From Diplonema japonicum (lineage: Eukaryota > Protista > Euglenozoa: Diplonemea), in assembly GCA_964019335.1 (NCBI GenBank), contig OZ025661.1, forward strand, positions 372,001 through 436,000: a stretch of DNA of 64,000 nt, in the 5' to 3' direction. The notes under the pieces were generated by a model that saw nothing but the letters and a program-made list of their open reading frames with translations, searched no databases and had not been told where the DNA came from. Made by a program: the position numbers and the translations under genes. Below are positions 35,692 to 48,222 of the stretch, piece by piece. Position 1 is the stretch's first letter; each line of letters begins with the position of its first letter.

Positions 35692-37374
35692 CAAACAAAA
35701 GAGATACTGTTTTTTTTTTTTTTTTTTTTCTTTTTTTTTTTCTCTCTTTTTCCCCCCCCTCTTTTCCATTCCCCTCATGGATTAAGTATCTCGACCTCCA
35801 AGAAGAAGAAAAAAAAGGGGGGTTGGAAGTCAAAATTTGTCCCTTACCCAATATTGAGGATTATATAAAACGAAAACCTCGATTTTTTTTTTTTTTTGCT
35901 TCACCCCTCTCTCTTTAAAAAAAAAAAAAAAAAAAAAAAGAGAGTGGGAAAAGAAAAAAAGACGGGAAGGGAAAGCGGTGGCTATTCAGAGAATGGGGGG
36001 GGGGGAAAGGGGGGGTGGCGAACAAACTTTTGTCTTTCCCTTTGAAATCCCCTCCATAGGGGGCACATGGGGAGGAAACATATTTGTACACAGTTCCCCT
36101 TAGTTTTTTTTTTTTCTTCTTTTTTTTTTTGTTTTTTTTTTTTTTCAAGAAGAGAACGGACGATACCATAAAAAGAAGGTGGCTGTTTGCCATCAGCACT
36201 TCACAATGGAAATTTTCAAGCTCTCGTAGCGAATAATGTGATTGGTAGTGGCCGCCCTTTTCTTCATTTTTTTTTTCGTTCTCTTTTTATGGCTTGTTTT
36301 CCGTACTTCTTCTTTTTTTTTTTTTCCCTCTTCCTTGGTCAAGAGAAAACAACTTGAAATATTTGCACTTCCAAGGCACCATTTTTTTAATGTCAGGCAT
36401 TTTCGAAAATAGCCACAAAAAAAAAAAAAACAAGTGACACAGCAAATGTTTCCCAAAAACAAAATGAAAAAAAAAAAAAAGAAAAAAAGAAAAAAAAAAA
36501 CTCCCTTCCCTTTAAAAAGCCATGAGAGAGAGAGAGAGACAGATAAAAAAAATAAAAAAAAAATAAAAAAAGAAAACACAGGAGAAACAGAGGAGAAAAA
36601 AAAAACAAAATGAAATGAGATGAAGGAGAAAAAAAAAAGAAGAAAAAAAAAAAGAAAAGATCTGAGGCGTCCCTTCTTGAAGGCAGCAGGTCTGCTAACC
36701 TGAAATGGAGGAGAAAAAATGGGGGGGATGAAATAAATAGAGGAGGAGAAGAAGAAACACACAAGATTTCTTTTTTTTTTTTAATACAAAGACAGTAAAA
36801 AGAAGGGAGGGGGGAGAAGAAGAAAAAACATGGACCTGCTGAATCAAATCAGCAGGTTTTTTTTTTATATATATATAATATGGTCCTCGTTTACTTTCCT
36901 CTCTCCCTCCCTCCCCCCAAAAAAAAAGCGAAATGAAAAGCTTAAATGCATAAAAAGAAGAAAATCTGTACTTATGAGATTATAAACAAAAAGAGCCAAG
37001 AAAATAAACCCTACCTTTGAGGATGGCCTCTTTATGGGTGTTATAAAGATAAAATAAAAAAGAATAGGGCAAGTTCTTAGACAGTCGCGTTACAACAAGA
37101 GTTGTGTTCATCATAAAGAAAAAAAGGGGGGGGGGGAAGCGGGGAGAGAGAGTTTTTTGTTTATTTTTTTTTGTTTGATTGAATTATCGTGTGCTATTAT
37201 TTCTTTCTTTTTCTTTTTTTTTCTTTCTTTTTTTTTTTCTCCTTTTTCTTTTTCTTTTTTTTTTTAAAGAAAAGATAAAAGGAAAGGGGAGGAATATTTG
37301 GGGAAAACGCAGCAAAAAAAAAAAAAACCCACTTTTTTTTTTTTTAATATTTTTTTTTTCTTCAAAATCTTATT

Positions 37375-37851
37375 TCACTTCAGCAGTGAAAGCAACACAT
37401 CCTCGAACTCTTCCTTGCTCACATAGCACGACCAGCTAAGGTCAATCAGAAATGCACGCTCTATCCTGTGGAGCTCTTCAGAGCACACACCACCTAATCG
37501 AGTATAAGCAGACATAGCAGTGGGCTGATCAACCTGCCATTTGGCTGCAACAAGCAGCGATGCAAGCAGTACTCTGTGAACATTGTGGCGAGTAAGCTTG
37601 TTACCCGCTGTGAGCCACCTCTGGACGTACACAAAACTCACGGGCAACAAGGCAGGGCACCAAGATCTCCACCTTTTTACGTAGTCTGCAATACTCACCC
37701 CCGGAACTTCAGCAGCGTCATAGACTGAAACCACCAAGCTGGGGTCCTTCTCCCCCACCATCTCTTCAATATACTTCACGTAGCCGCACAGCTCACGGGG
37801 GTACCTTGCGGGCACGGGTGCCTTAACATTCTGAATTTGTGCGATACACAT
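37375..37851 (-). CDS. PHO80/cyclin-U-type cyclin (158 aa)
   Basis: PGVSIADYVKR, NVHRVLLASLLVAAKW, LGGVCSEELHRIERAFL; ATG at 37851 after A-tract. Confidence 0.88.
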   Translation of the reverse strand: MCIAQIQNVKAPVPARYPRELCGYVKYIEEMVGEKDPSLVVSVYDAAEVPGVSIADYVKRWRSWCPALLPVSFVYVQRWLTAGNKLTRHNVHRVLLASLLVAAKWQVDQPTAMSAYTRLGGVCSEELHRIERAFLIDLSWSCYVSKEEFEDVLLSLLK

Positions 37852-38252
37852 TTTTTTTTTCTTTTTTTTTTTTTTTATATAACGTTGCTTGCTTTTTTTT
37901 TTTTTTTTTTTTTTCCCCGGGGGAGTGACTAACAAAAAAAACAAGATACCATTTAGGTGGAAGAAAAAAAATATGGGGGGGGAGTGATGATCAACTGATA
38001 TATACTACGAAAGAACTTGAAGGGACTTTCTTTTTTTTTTTTCCAAGGGGGAAAGGGGAGTTGTAAATAAAAAAAAAATAAAAAATCTTTGATGTGACAC
38101 TTTTTTTTTTCCTTTTTTTTTTTCCGAAAGCAGAGGGTGATAGTGAGAAAAAAAAAAAAGAAAGAGAAAAAAAAAGAAAAAAAACGGGTGAAAAAAAAAG
38201 AAAAAAAAGAAAAAAAAAATAACCCTCTTTTTTTTTTTTCCAATCCCTCCTC

Positions 38253-38314
38253 TTATTCATAAGTGAAGAGACTATCCAGCAATGGGTTCAACGAAACTGA
38301 AGGCGCTTGAAGCT

Positions 38315-38356
<42 letters not shown>

Positions 38357-40457
38357 CCCCAGCACATACCGAGTGGGTCGCCCCTTCGTAAAACGCGCTC
38401 AATGATTTGCAAGACAATAAAGGGTCGGTGAAACAAGGTTTCGCACCACCGTTTATTCTCCCCTCCCCGCTCCCCCTCACCTGCCCGGCCGACAAACTAA
38501 ACAACGACGAAACCCCAGACGCCTTTTCCTCCACAACTTCAACAATTTCACCAACCCCATCAGCCTCCATCGACGGGAAAAGCCTACCGGACTCAGCAGC
38601 AGACAAATATTTCAAAGTACCAGCCTGGTCCACAAAAGCAACAAGGGTAGGGAGACAGAGCAGCGCGGTTGGTTGCGAAGGGAGATCCAATGCACAACAA
38701 GGAGTCGGCGTAGAACTATCAAACCGCATTATCGTAGATTCTGTGACAGCAAGATACCCAGCATCACATGGCGACAATGTGAAGATACGAATTTCGATGG
38801 AAAAGATCAAACCCCGGCTTGCAAGATCCCATCCGAAAAGGTGTGTGTTACAATGCGCCACAACAGCCTGTCGCTCGGCGAAAGCAGGGAAAACAACTTG
38901 TTGGATGCTGGACCCTGTTAAATGCTGCGTCAAAACACCCAAATCTTGGAACCCCGGGCATGTCACACACGACACACAACTATCGGTCCCGACTGCGAGA
39001 ACAGTACCGTCGTCTGACAGCTCGTTGCAAAGAGCTTCATCACAGTTCAGTTTTAAAGTGGCAGAGTGTGTCCAATGTCCTGCAGTGAACTTCCATTGCT
39101 TCTGTGTACCGTCTTTCGACGTCGAGACCACGATATTTCTCGTCCTGTGCATGGCGAGGCTGGTGACTATGTTCTCCTCATGCGGGTTGTCGATAAATGT
39201 ATTAACTTTCCACTCCAACCCATCTCCTGACAGGTTCCAAAACCGCATAGTGCTCATGTACACACCGTTCAACGAGACATCTGACTGTTCCAACGTCACC
39301 AAGTGCTGTCCTGAACGCGACGCTACCAAGTGCTTAACAGTAATCTTCGGAAGGGGCGTGTTGTTCACCTTTGATGTAACGTTGGACGGCGCCACCTTAA
39401 TGGTTCGCAGGTACTGTCTTTTGGAAGGATCGAACACCCTCACCATGTTGTCCATTCCTTCAAGAGCAAGCACCACACCGGTTGGGACGTACATCGGTTT
39501 TATCCCAGTGCACGGTTGGCCTAACAGTAAATTCTCACCGTGGACCACGCACGATGGTTTTCTTTCCGCAACGTTGATGATCAAAAGTGTTCCCGGTGCA
39601 CAACCAACCACCACATCCGCGTCATCCGGAAACCACTGTGCTGTCAGGATAGGTCCCGGAAGACGGGCTATCTTGTTTGACGTCCACGACCGTGTGTTCC
39701 ACAATAACAATACAGATTCCTCTCCTCCTGAAATCAACGTTGTCCCGTCGGAGTTGTACTGTAAAACGGATACAGAATGCGCGTGCCAATGTGCTTCTTT
39801 CATAGTGTGTTCGTGGGAGATGGACCATGTTCGGATACGGCCTGTAGAGTCACCAATAGACACGATGGAGGAGAAGGGGTGTACCGCGAGCGATGTTGTT
39901 CTAAAGGTGGATGGGAGCTGTACTGTTGGGACGGTTGTTGTCAAATCGATGACGTGGACCGAGGCAGTTTGCGGTGTTGCGAATGCGATTGTGTTGGGTT
40001 CTGGTGACGAAACTGACATGTGTGTAGCAGCCGATTCCACCTCCGCGAGTTGTATTATTTGCTTCGTTCTGAGAATTAGCATTTTGATGACGGAGTTGCT
40101 GCGGTGTGCTTTTGCGTAGATAATTACGGTGTCGCCTACGCGTACGGATTGGCCACCTCTGTTTTGGATGCCAGTGACGGATCTGCGGCCTACTAGTCTA
40201 ACTTCCATCATTGTTAGGCCTTCTTCCATTGGGATTGTTTCGATTTGTTTTTCTCCTTCGTATATAGTGAGGGCGCCCTTTTCGTTCCACACCCCAACCT
40301 TCTTCGACCCCGTGATTTGTACGCATCCCAGCCCACCCTTGTCTGCTGTGTCCACAATATATTGTTCAGCGAGCGTTTTTTTGTTTCGATAACATATCCT
40401 ATTCTCGTCGCCGATCGCGATGTTGTCACCGCTCCAAAACACTCGCGCAAAATCCAT
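38253..40457 (-). CDS. WDR75: WDR75/UTP17 (NAN1) t-UTP WD40 protein; one predicted intron 38313-38369
   Basis: HWHAHSVSVLQYNSDGTTLISGGEESVLLLW..IARLPGPI signature; the poly-K stretch is explained by an in-frame GT-AG intron. Confidence 0.8.
38313..38369 (-). other. 57-nt GT-AG intron (GTATGT...poly-A...ACAG)
   Basis: Removal deletes VCAGEKF(K)11Q and keeps frame. Confidence 0.75.
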
Positions 40458-41203
40458 ATTTTTTTTTCTTTTTTTTTTTTGTGTGTGTGTCCTTTTGAAC
40501 GGGTTTTTTTTGAAGGGGGAGGGGGGGGGAAATGGGGAAGGATGGAAAGAGAAGTAGAAGAGAAATAAAAAAAAAAAAGTACGTTTAATGAAAAACTGAA
40601 CCGGAAATAAAAAAAAGGGAACCGATCAAGGTCGAGTCCCCCACTTGAGACCTCGGAAAGAAAGAATAAAAAAAAAAAAAAGAAGAACGAAAAAAAAAAA
40701 AGAGAAAATCTTTTTTTTTTTCTCTTTTTTTTTTTCCCCACTTACCCTTCCTCTCATATACTACCACAGTTTTGCTTCACACACAAGTTTAACACGTTCG
40801 AAAAAGCGGGGTTTCCCCCCCCTTTCTTGGTCAGGCCCAAAGTCAGTTACATGCTTCATGGATAGATTCCAAAAAAAAAAAAAAAAAAGACTTTTGAAGC
40901 CCCCTTCGTCATTTAAATCACAAAAGTACGTAGAGAATTTAAATAGGGTTGGGTGTCAAGGCGCAAGTTGTGGCACAAAGCTAATGGGTGAAGCTGGGAC
41001 AGGATGCAGCTGACTTCGGCGGGGCTTATCATAAGGAACCAGCTTCTTTGACTGCTGATGTAATCTCGGAAACTAAACTAAAATGGTCTTAAATACAGGT
41101 AAAAGTTATCGCATTTATGTGTTTTTTTTTTTTTTTTTTTTCCTTTTTTTTTGCTAAACAAGTATGTGTGAAGAAAAATGACGAAGGGTATAATAATAAT
41201 TTG

Positions 41204-41245
<42 letters not shown>

Positions 41246-41714
41246 CGCACACGTTTTCCTTACCTTCACTCCCATTTTTTTTATTCTTTTGTGGGGAAGT
41301 GGGATGTGTACATAAAGAATGAAGAAACCATAATAAAAAGCGGGTAGGGAGGGGATGGGGTTGTAAAACGAATAATTGTAAAGCGCTCTCGTCTTTTCTT
41401 TTTATTTTTCACCCTCTAATTCTTTTTTTTCCCCTGGAGAGAGAAGAAGAAAAAGAGGGGAAAAAAATAAAATTCTAAAGTAATAATGAAACAAAACCCC
41501 TCCCATTCCCTCCTAATTATTTCCTTTCAGCGTCCTCTTGAGCTCGGTTGACCAAATCCTTGAGAGATGGCTCGGGGTCGGGGTGGTTTTCTGTTTTTTT
41601 TTTTTTTTTTTTTTTTTTTTATACCCCAAGTGGGGACTACACTAAAAATGAAGAAAGCCACGAGGCCAATTATAATTTGGTACCCTCCTCTCTTGACTGA
41701 GAGGAAGAACATGC

Positions 41715-42209
41715 TTATTTGACGAACTGACAACAAGGAGCGCATGGATTAAGCGCATTGGTGAACAAGACTACCCGACGTAACAAACTTCCCAAAGCTC
41801 GCCCCCCCTCCAAAAAGAAACTTTAAAAAAAAAAACACACAGACCCTTCAACTCATTGTACAATTCGTTTGTTTTTCGCAACAAGTAGTTCAACGGGATT
41901 TGCTGGGACATGTCATTGATGAACTTCAGAATCTCATCAAAGGTCATCCTCCGTGTCTGGATCACCTCGGATGCCATCCTGTTACGTTATTTACGTATTT
42001 AAAAAAAAAAAAGTTTTTTTTTACTATACCTGAGCAAGCAAGACGCTAAAAGCAGCTGATAATCGCAGTCAAACGGGCAGGTCCATATGACGTCCCAGAG
42101 CTTGATCACATCTTGAAACGAAAACTCCCGCTTGAAGTTCACGACGATCCATCGGAAGCAGAAGTAAAAGTTCAAAGCGTCGATGCTTTCCAGATATTTT
42201 ATAAGCTGC

Positions 42210-42255
<46 letters not shown>

Positions 42256-44285
42256 CAAACCTCTGGATCGCTAAGTACAGTGAGCTCCCCTATGAAACGC
42301 AGGTTTGCTGCAATACGCGACTGGTCTCGCTGGAAGCAAACTTCCATTCTGTCACGCATCAGGTGCTTGAAACCCGTAAAGGTTTCAACTTTGTTCCTGA
42401 AAACGTGATAAATAGTAGCCACAACATCACTCATCCCCTGACAATACCCTAGGTCGAAGTTGTAGAAAGAATACGTAACGAGAATGTCGTGCAGGACAGT
42501 CATGCCCTCACCATCATCTTCGGCGAATAAATCAATAGTGCGGTCGGTTCGCACTACGTCCTTCTCCACCCTCGCCAATCTGTCACGAAACTCTGCGAAC
42601 TGCGCTCTTTGTTCCTCTGTAATCGATGTCCATTGTCTATTGTAAGTTGCGTATTCCTTCTCTTGCTTTTCGAACGAGGCCTCTCGTTCCACTGAAGTCG
42701 ATCCTACCTCGTAAACTCTTAAAATGTAAAGCCACACTTCTTTCCGGATCTCCGGGGCGATGCCGCCTTTGAACGCTTTCTTTTTTGCCTCCCTCCAGCA
42801 TCCTTCTGAGAGCCTGCCTTCCGAATCGAAGTACGATTTCCATTCATAGCTTTTCAAAGATTCCCCCCGCGATGTTAAATCGTTGAACTCATCAGCTTCA
42901 AGGAAAAGTGTTGACGGGTTCAGATCTGCGTAATCCTCTCCTTCATCGCGTATTCCAGGTGAAGGAGGGTTCGACGTTGATTGTTGTTGTTGTTGTTGTT
43001 CTTGTTTCTCGCCCTTGGAGTCCTTCCTGTTGTCGAGGAAGGCGGTCACCCATGTTTTTTTCTTCCCGGTGGTGGATGTTGATGCTGTGCTTGTACCGGT
43101 CGTGTCAAGCCCGTTGAACGAATCATTATTCAACGGCGACCCGGCATCACCGTCTCCGAACCCTGCCAACGCCCATAACCTGTCATCGTGCGTTTGCTGA
43201 ATCGGTAAGAATTTTCCGATTTCTGTTAGAAATCTTGTCAAACCACGTGATCTGAAGTAAAAAGGTCCGTGTGTGTGCCGGAGCCCGCGGTTGTCCTGTT
43301 CAGGTGCAGATGTTAAAGTAATCGACTTGTCGCCGAACATTTTCGTGTCCTTTTTGAGCGACAGAAATTTACAGTCCGGAACGACACACGCTTGCTTCCA
43401 CTCGTTTCGAAAGGGTCCTTCATACACCACTTCTGACTCATCGTCAGGGAGAATAGGAAGAGCATCCAACGAACCCATGTTGCTCTTTGCCTTGTAAGAT
43501 AAAAGCTCCGGGTTCACAGCCATCAACAAACAGTACGGTGCCCATATAATGTACGCGTAGATCTTGCTGTACCTCGGAGCTACAATGAGGAGCGTCCCTT
43601 TGACGGAACAGCACGTGACATCCTCTTGCTTGTAGATCATGACCGAGTCCTTCAAAGACCTCTCCGAGATTAGATGATACAGTTTTCTATGAGATTCTGC
43701 CGAATCGACCCCAACAAGGTATGTGCCTTCCTCTAGCTTTGTGAGCGAGTTTCTCTGCGATGTGCTTGGTTCCGGTGCGGGTGTCTGTGGTTCGTCAAGT
43801 TTCAAAGCAGATACTCTGATCACTTCCGACCATTGCCCCCGTCCTTCTGGGAGGTGGTATAGAGGCGCACCTGCTTTATGGATGTCAGCCCATGTTATAT
43901 TGTCAGATTCTAATCCTTGTAAGACCCAGTCGACTGGGTCTGCTCCAGGTTGGGACTCTGATGTTTGAATCATGTAAGCGGTGACAGGTGATGGTGTTCT
44001 AAGCCTTATTTCAATGGGGAATTGTGTGGTGGAGCCTGGGGTTGCCAGGACCTCTTCTCCTTCTAGTACTTCGCTGTCGTTGATTACTTTTAGGCTCATG
44101 ACCCGTGAGGTGATCATCCTTGGGTTGCGCTGTTTTAGTGATCGAAGTCGCACGCCGTGGACCATCAGTCCTTGGTTGTCTGGGTCTTGACTTCGGCTAC
44201 CCGCTCTATGCAGGCCTGGTACATCTCCACCACCACTGCCCCCTCCGTTGTTGCTGTTCCCCAGACCTCTGACTGAGAACTTCAT
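41715..44285 (-). CDS. TBC1D15: TBC1D15/17 (GYP7)-like Rab GAP with N-terminal discoidin-like domain; exons 44285-42261, 42205-42030, 41978-41845, 41770-41715
   Basis: GGIAPEIRKEVWLYIL, EKDVVRTDR, DLGYCQGMSD, YFCFRWIVVNFKREF; introns 42206-42260, 41979-42029 and 41771-41844 are GT-AG and restore one frame (the last intron is least certain). Confidence 0.85.
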
Positions 44286-44663
44286 ATGGGGGGGATTTTT
44301 TTTTTTTTGTACTCTTTTTTTTTTCTTTTTTTTTTTTCCTCCTTCCTCCCCCCCCTCCTCCCCCCCTTTTTTTTTATGTGTTGTTGCGCCCGAGCGGCAT
44401 TTTGTCTCATAAAAAAAAATAAATAACTCATTGCGCTGTCATTAAACTAGTTTTTTTTTTAATATTATTATTAGTCTCGACAATACTTTTTGTTAAAACA
44501 AAAAAAAGGGGGGGGTGGAGGGGAAAAGGGGGGGAGCATGTTTTGCGTGGAATGCTATTGTTTTTTTTTAAAAAAATTTTGCGAAAGAGAAAAAAAAAGA
44601 GGGAGGGGGAAGGTAAAAAAGAATACTCTGATCGCCTTCACCCTCTTTATCCTTTTTTTTTTT

Positions 44664-45345
44664 TTTATTTCACTCTTCAGAATTACTTCACGCACTGGGG
44701 GGCCCATTACTTCACGCTAAATCTCATTACTTCACGGTGAAATAATGGCCTGTTTTCCGTGAAGTAATAGGGGGTTTCCGTTAAATAATATGCCTCGGTA
44801 GGCCAATTTTTGCCTCGGTTCGGTTCCCAGTGGGGCTACTTTTTCCTCTCAGTTTGCTATTTCCCCCCCAGGTTCAGCTCAATTGGCCAACTTTTGCCTC
44901 GGCTCAGTTCCAAGTTGGACTACTTTTTCCTCCCAATTTGCCCACTTTTGGCTAGGCCTTGTTCCCAGTTTCTGTGGGTAACTCTTCTGTGGGTAAGGGT
45001 AACTTAGTCAGCTTACCCAAGCTCCCCAAAAGACTTCAAAATACCGAAGCAGCAGAAAAAAAGGAGCCAGCGGCCGCGCCAGGTATGGGAAGGCCTGATT
45101 AGAGATGGTGACAGTGGCAATGCCAGCGACAGCGGCAGCTCTTAGTCAACAAAAGGAGGAAAAACAACTTGTATTGTAACCTTTGTAACCCCTCTCTTGT
45201 TGTACCCCTTGTCACCCTGTTGTGCCCCTCGTGGTGAAGTAATTTCAGAGTGTCGTGAAATAAAACCACTTACCTACCGCCAAGTAATGCTTTACCGACC
45301 TCGAGGTAACGGTAAAGTCATTACTTGTTGGCAGTAAATAGCTAT
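44664..45345 (-). mobile_element. Hairpin-terminated Crypton-like element, copy 5
   Basis: tatttcactcttc end, CATTACTTCAC repeats, subterminal gtgaaataaaaccacttac as in copy 2, hairpin 45262-45345 ending taaatagctat. Confidence 0.7.
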
Positions 45346-45451
45346 TTTTCTCTCAGGCGTCCTGCAAAAACGAAAGAGAAAAAAGAGAGGGAAAAAAAAC
45401 GAATCCGAAGAGAGGCGACAGCAAGGTAGCTTCATGGTTAGGACAGGTTTC

Positions 45452-45496
<45 letters not shown>

Positions 45497-45592
45497 TTGT
45501 TAACCTCATTTCACAACCCAGATGAAATTTTTATTTCACTTCAGTGACATAAAAAGAAAAAATGGATCAAGTTTGTGAATAAAAGTAAAACT

Positions 45593-47593
45593 TCACTTTT
45601 TCGTAGGAATCTGCTGTGGCGGCCACAGCGGCTCTGGCTGCGAAAGATGGTCTTGGTTATGCTGGTGGTGGTGGTGGTATTGCTGATGCTGTGGCGGCCA
45701 TATCGATGGCTGCGAAAGATGGTCTTGGTTATGCTGGTGGTGGTGGTGGTGGTGGTATTGCTGATGCTGTGGCGGCCATATCGATGGCTGCGAAAGATGG
45801 TCTTGGTTATGCTGGTGATGCGGGATCTGGTGGTATTGCTGATGCTGTGGCTGGTGTGGATAATGGTGATGGTGATGGTAGTGCTGCTGCATCTCCTGTG
45901 CCTTCTTGCATGCTGCGAAAATGCCTTCCTTGATATCGACAATGATGCCTTTGTGCCCTGCGATGCAGGAGGCGTACCTTGGCGGAGCATCACCAACAAA
46001 CGGCTGCAGCGGTGTGATGACGGACTGCGGGCTGGGGTCGTAGAATGTGGCAATGGAGTACCGGTCGCCGTCGTGCTTGTTGATCACACGGTGCATGGTC
46101 GCTGGGAGTACTCCGTTCGTCAGCTTCTCCAACACAAACCCGGTGTTCAGCACGAACGACCCGGGCACCACGGGGATCGCCACCCACTCCCCATCACGCA
46201 TCACCTCCAACCCCTCATTGTCCTGTGTGATAAGCGTGAGTGCACCGTAGTCAACATGGCTGCCTGCACCGATCTCGTTTTTTCCCGGAGTTGCTTCCTT
46301 CTGAGGGGAGTATCTCAACACCCTGTTTATGACGAGAGGCTTGTCGAAGCAGTCCAACAGTGTATTGTCTTCCAACCCAAGCCCTTTGCTGATCTCTTCC
46401 AGCACACTTTCTGCTAACTTCCTCACCTGGTAAAGATACTCTTCGCATGACACGCGGAGCCCAGGGTATATATCCTCTGGGGGCCATCTGTTGAGTCCTA
46501 ACTGTGCTTCGTGTGTTGAGAGGCTGTGCGCTCCGTAGTCGAACGACTCCTTCAGGTCGCCGCCCATGAAGGGGTTCAGGTTCTCCATTCGCATTGGGGT
46601 GTATCCTCTGGCGCACTTCATAATCGGCTGGTGGTGTTCCATCCGCGGCCTCGCCATGACGGCAGCCTTGTAGTGTGCCTGAGTGCTGAAGAAGTTCTTC
46701 GCAAGTGACATCGTTTCCTGAATCTGGCTGCGCTTCACACCGTGGTTCGTGATGTACACGAACCCGTCGCTTTTCAATGCAGCGATCAGTTCGGCAGCAC
46801 GGCCTTCGTTTTTGCTCCAGTCGATGGTGTGCAGAGAGAGGCCCTTCGCACCTGCAGAGGAAGTGGCAGGCTTCGTGATCATGTCGCCTGACCCGCCCTG
46901 GTCCAGCCAGTGCGAGTGTGACGGCAGCACAGTGATGCTACTAGTGTTCATCGGTGAGCATGCGATGATCGATGTCGTTTCAGCTCTTTTGGAGGTGTTG
47001 ACCATGTATTTGAAGTTCTTCACAGCGGTGTTCTTAAGAGTCACTTCGACGTCTGCCTGCGTCCCCTGCGATGGGGTGGACACAGGCAGCTGCGATCTTT
47101 GTACGATTTCCCATGGTGAAGAGGTCACTTTCATGTCCGGCTTTCCTGGCAGCTTGAAGGTGACCGACTGGATGAAGTCCTTTTCGGGTACCACAAACAG
47201 CGTCCAAATGACATCGTCGTCTGCTTTGAATGCAGTGTTCCCGATTGTTATCCACACTTCGTCCTTCCCTTTGGGGAGGTACTGGACGGCGGTGAAGTTA
47301 GGATCTATCAGGAACTGCGCAAAGACCTCGAGGGGGATCCCGTCCGCAAGCGCTTTCAGGTGTTCGAGTTTTGCAAGCTTTGGACCCTTAAGTTTGAATT
47401 CTGTCCAGCCAGCGTTTACTAGAGTACCGCAGAAGAGGTGGGCCTCGTCAGCGGTGACCGTGGTACGCTCACCGACTACCTTAAGCCACGCGTGTTCGAA
47501 GGCGTCTAGACATGTGGAATCAGGTGTTCCCGCAGTCGAGAATTGGCCGAGTATGACCCTCGCCTTCTTCATGCATTCAGTAAAGCAGGTCAT
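45593..47593 (-). CDS. 2OG-Fe(II) oxygenase (IPNS/DIOX family) with YEATS-like N-terminal domain and His/Gln-rich tail (666 aa)
   Basis: GFVYITNHGV, RGY, DLKESFD, HVDYGALTL (HxD), ATMHRV, RYSIATF; ATG at 47593. Confidence 0.85.
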   Translation of the reverse strand: MTCFTECMKKARVILGQFSTAGTPDSTCLDAFEHAWLKVVGERTTVTADEAHLFCGTLVNAGWTEFKLKGPKLAKLEHLKALADGIPLEVFAQFLIDPNFTAVQYLPKGKDEVWITIGNTAFKADDDVIWTLFVVPEKDFIQSVTFKLPGKPDMKVTSSPWEIVQRSQLPVSTPSQGTQADVEVTLKNTAVKNFKYMVNTSKRAETTSIIACSPMNTSSITVLPSHSHWLDQGGSGDMITKPATSSAGAKGLSLHTIDWSKNEGRAAELIAALKSDGFVYITNHGVKRSQIQETMSLAKNFFSTQAHYKAAVMARPRMEHHQPIMKCARGYTPMRMENLNPFMGGDLKESFDYGAHSLSTHEAQLGLNRWPPEDIYPGLRVSCEEYLYQVRKLAESVLEEISKGLGLEDNTLLDCFDKPLVINRVLRYSPQKEATPGKNEIGAGSHVDYGALTLITQDNEGLEVMRDGEWVAIPVVPGSFVLNTGFVLEKLTNGVLPATMHRVINKHDGDRYSIATFYDPSPQSVITPLQPFVGDAPPRYASCIAGHKGIIVDIKEGIFAACKKAQEMQQHYHHHHHYPHQPQHQQYHQIPHHQHNQDHLSQPSIWPPQHQQYHHHHHHQHNQDHLSQPSIWPPQHQQYHHHHQHNQDHLSQPEPLWPPQQIPTKK
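45610..45890 (-). repeat. Coding tandem repeat (HNQDHLSQPSIWPPQHQQYHn) x3
   Basis: Direct inspection of DNA and translation. Confidence 0.9.
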
Positions 47594-48222
47594 TTTCTTG
47601 TTTTCCCCCTGAGGGTTGTTATTTTTTTTCTTTTTTTTTTTTTTTTGCAAAGATTGGGGGTAAAGAATAAATATATAAAAAGAAAAGATGAAAGGCCGTC
47701 GGCATAGAGTGCCGAAGCAGGCCACAAAGCATCTACTAGAGAACAGCGGCCCACGAAGGCCATCGAAGTATCCATGAGATGCTCCGAAATAAATGGGGGG
47801 GGGGGAAATAAAGGGAACAATAATGAAATGCACCCCTTCCCTCTCATCTCCAGCCTCGTCACACTTCGCGAAATATCGGCTCGTTGCGGGAGGGGATCGA
47901 AAGGGGGAGGGTCACGTCAAAATATAAAGAACGGGAGAGAGAAAAAAAAGGGGGGGGGATAAAGGGAGGTAGAACCAGGAGACAGAGACTGATAGAGAGG
48001 AGGAAAAGACAGTACGTGCAATCTACAGCACATGAAGTGCCCACACCGTATGTATTCCTCCGTCCTCCCCTTATCTTTCTCTCTCTCGCTTTAAAATAGG
48101 TTTTAAAAAAAAAAAAAGAAATAAAGAGAGGAAAAGAACGCATGCAAAAAAACTGATAGCGAGTTAGCAGCACGGTTCTTTCTACTTTTATATATATAAA
48201 GTCGTGTATCAACCTCCCTCCA

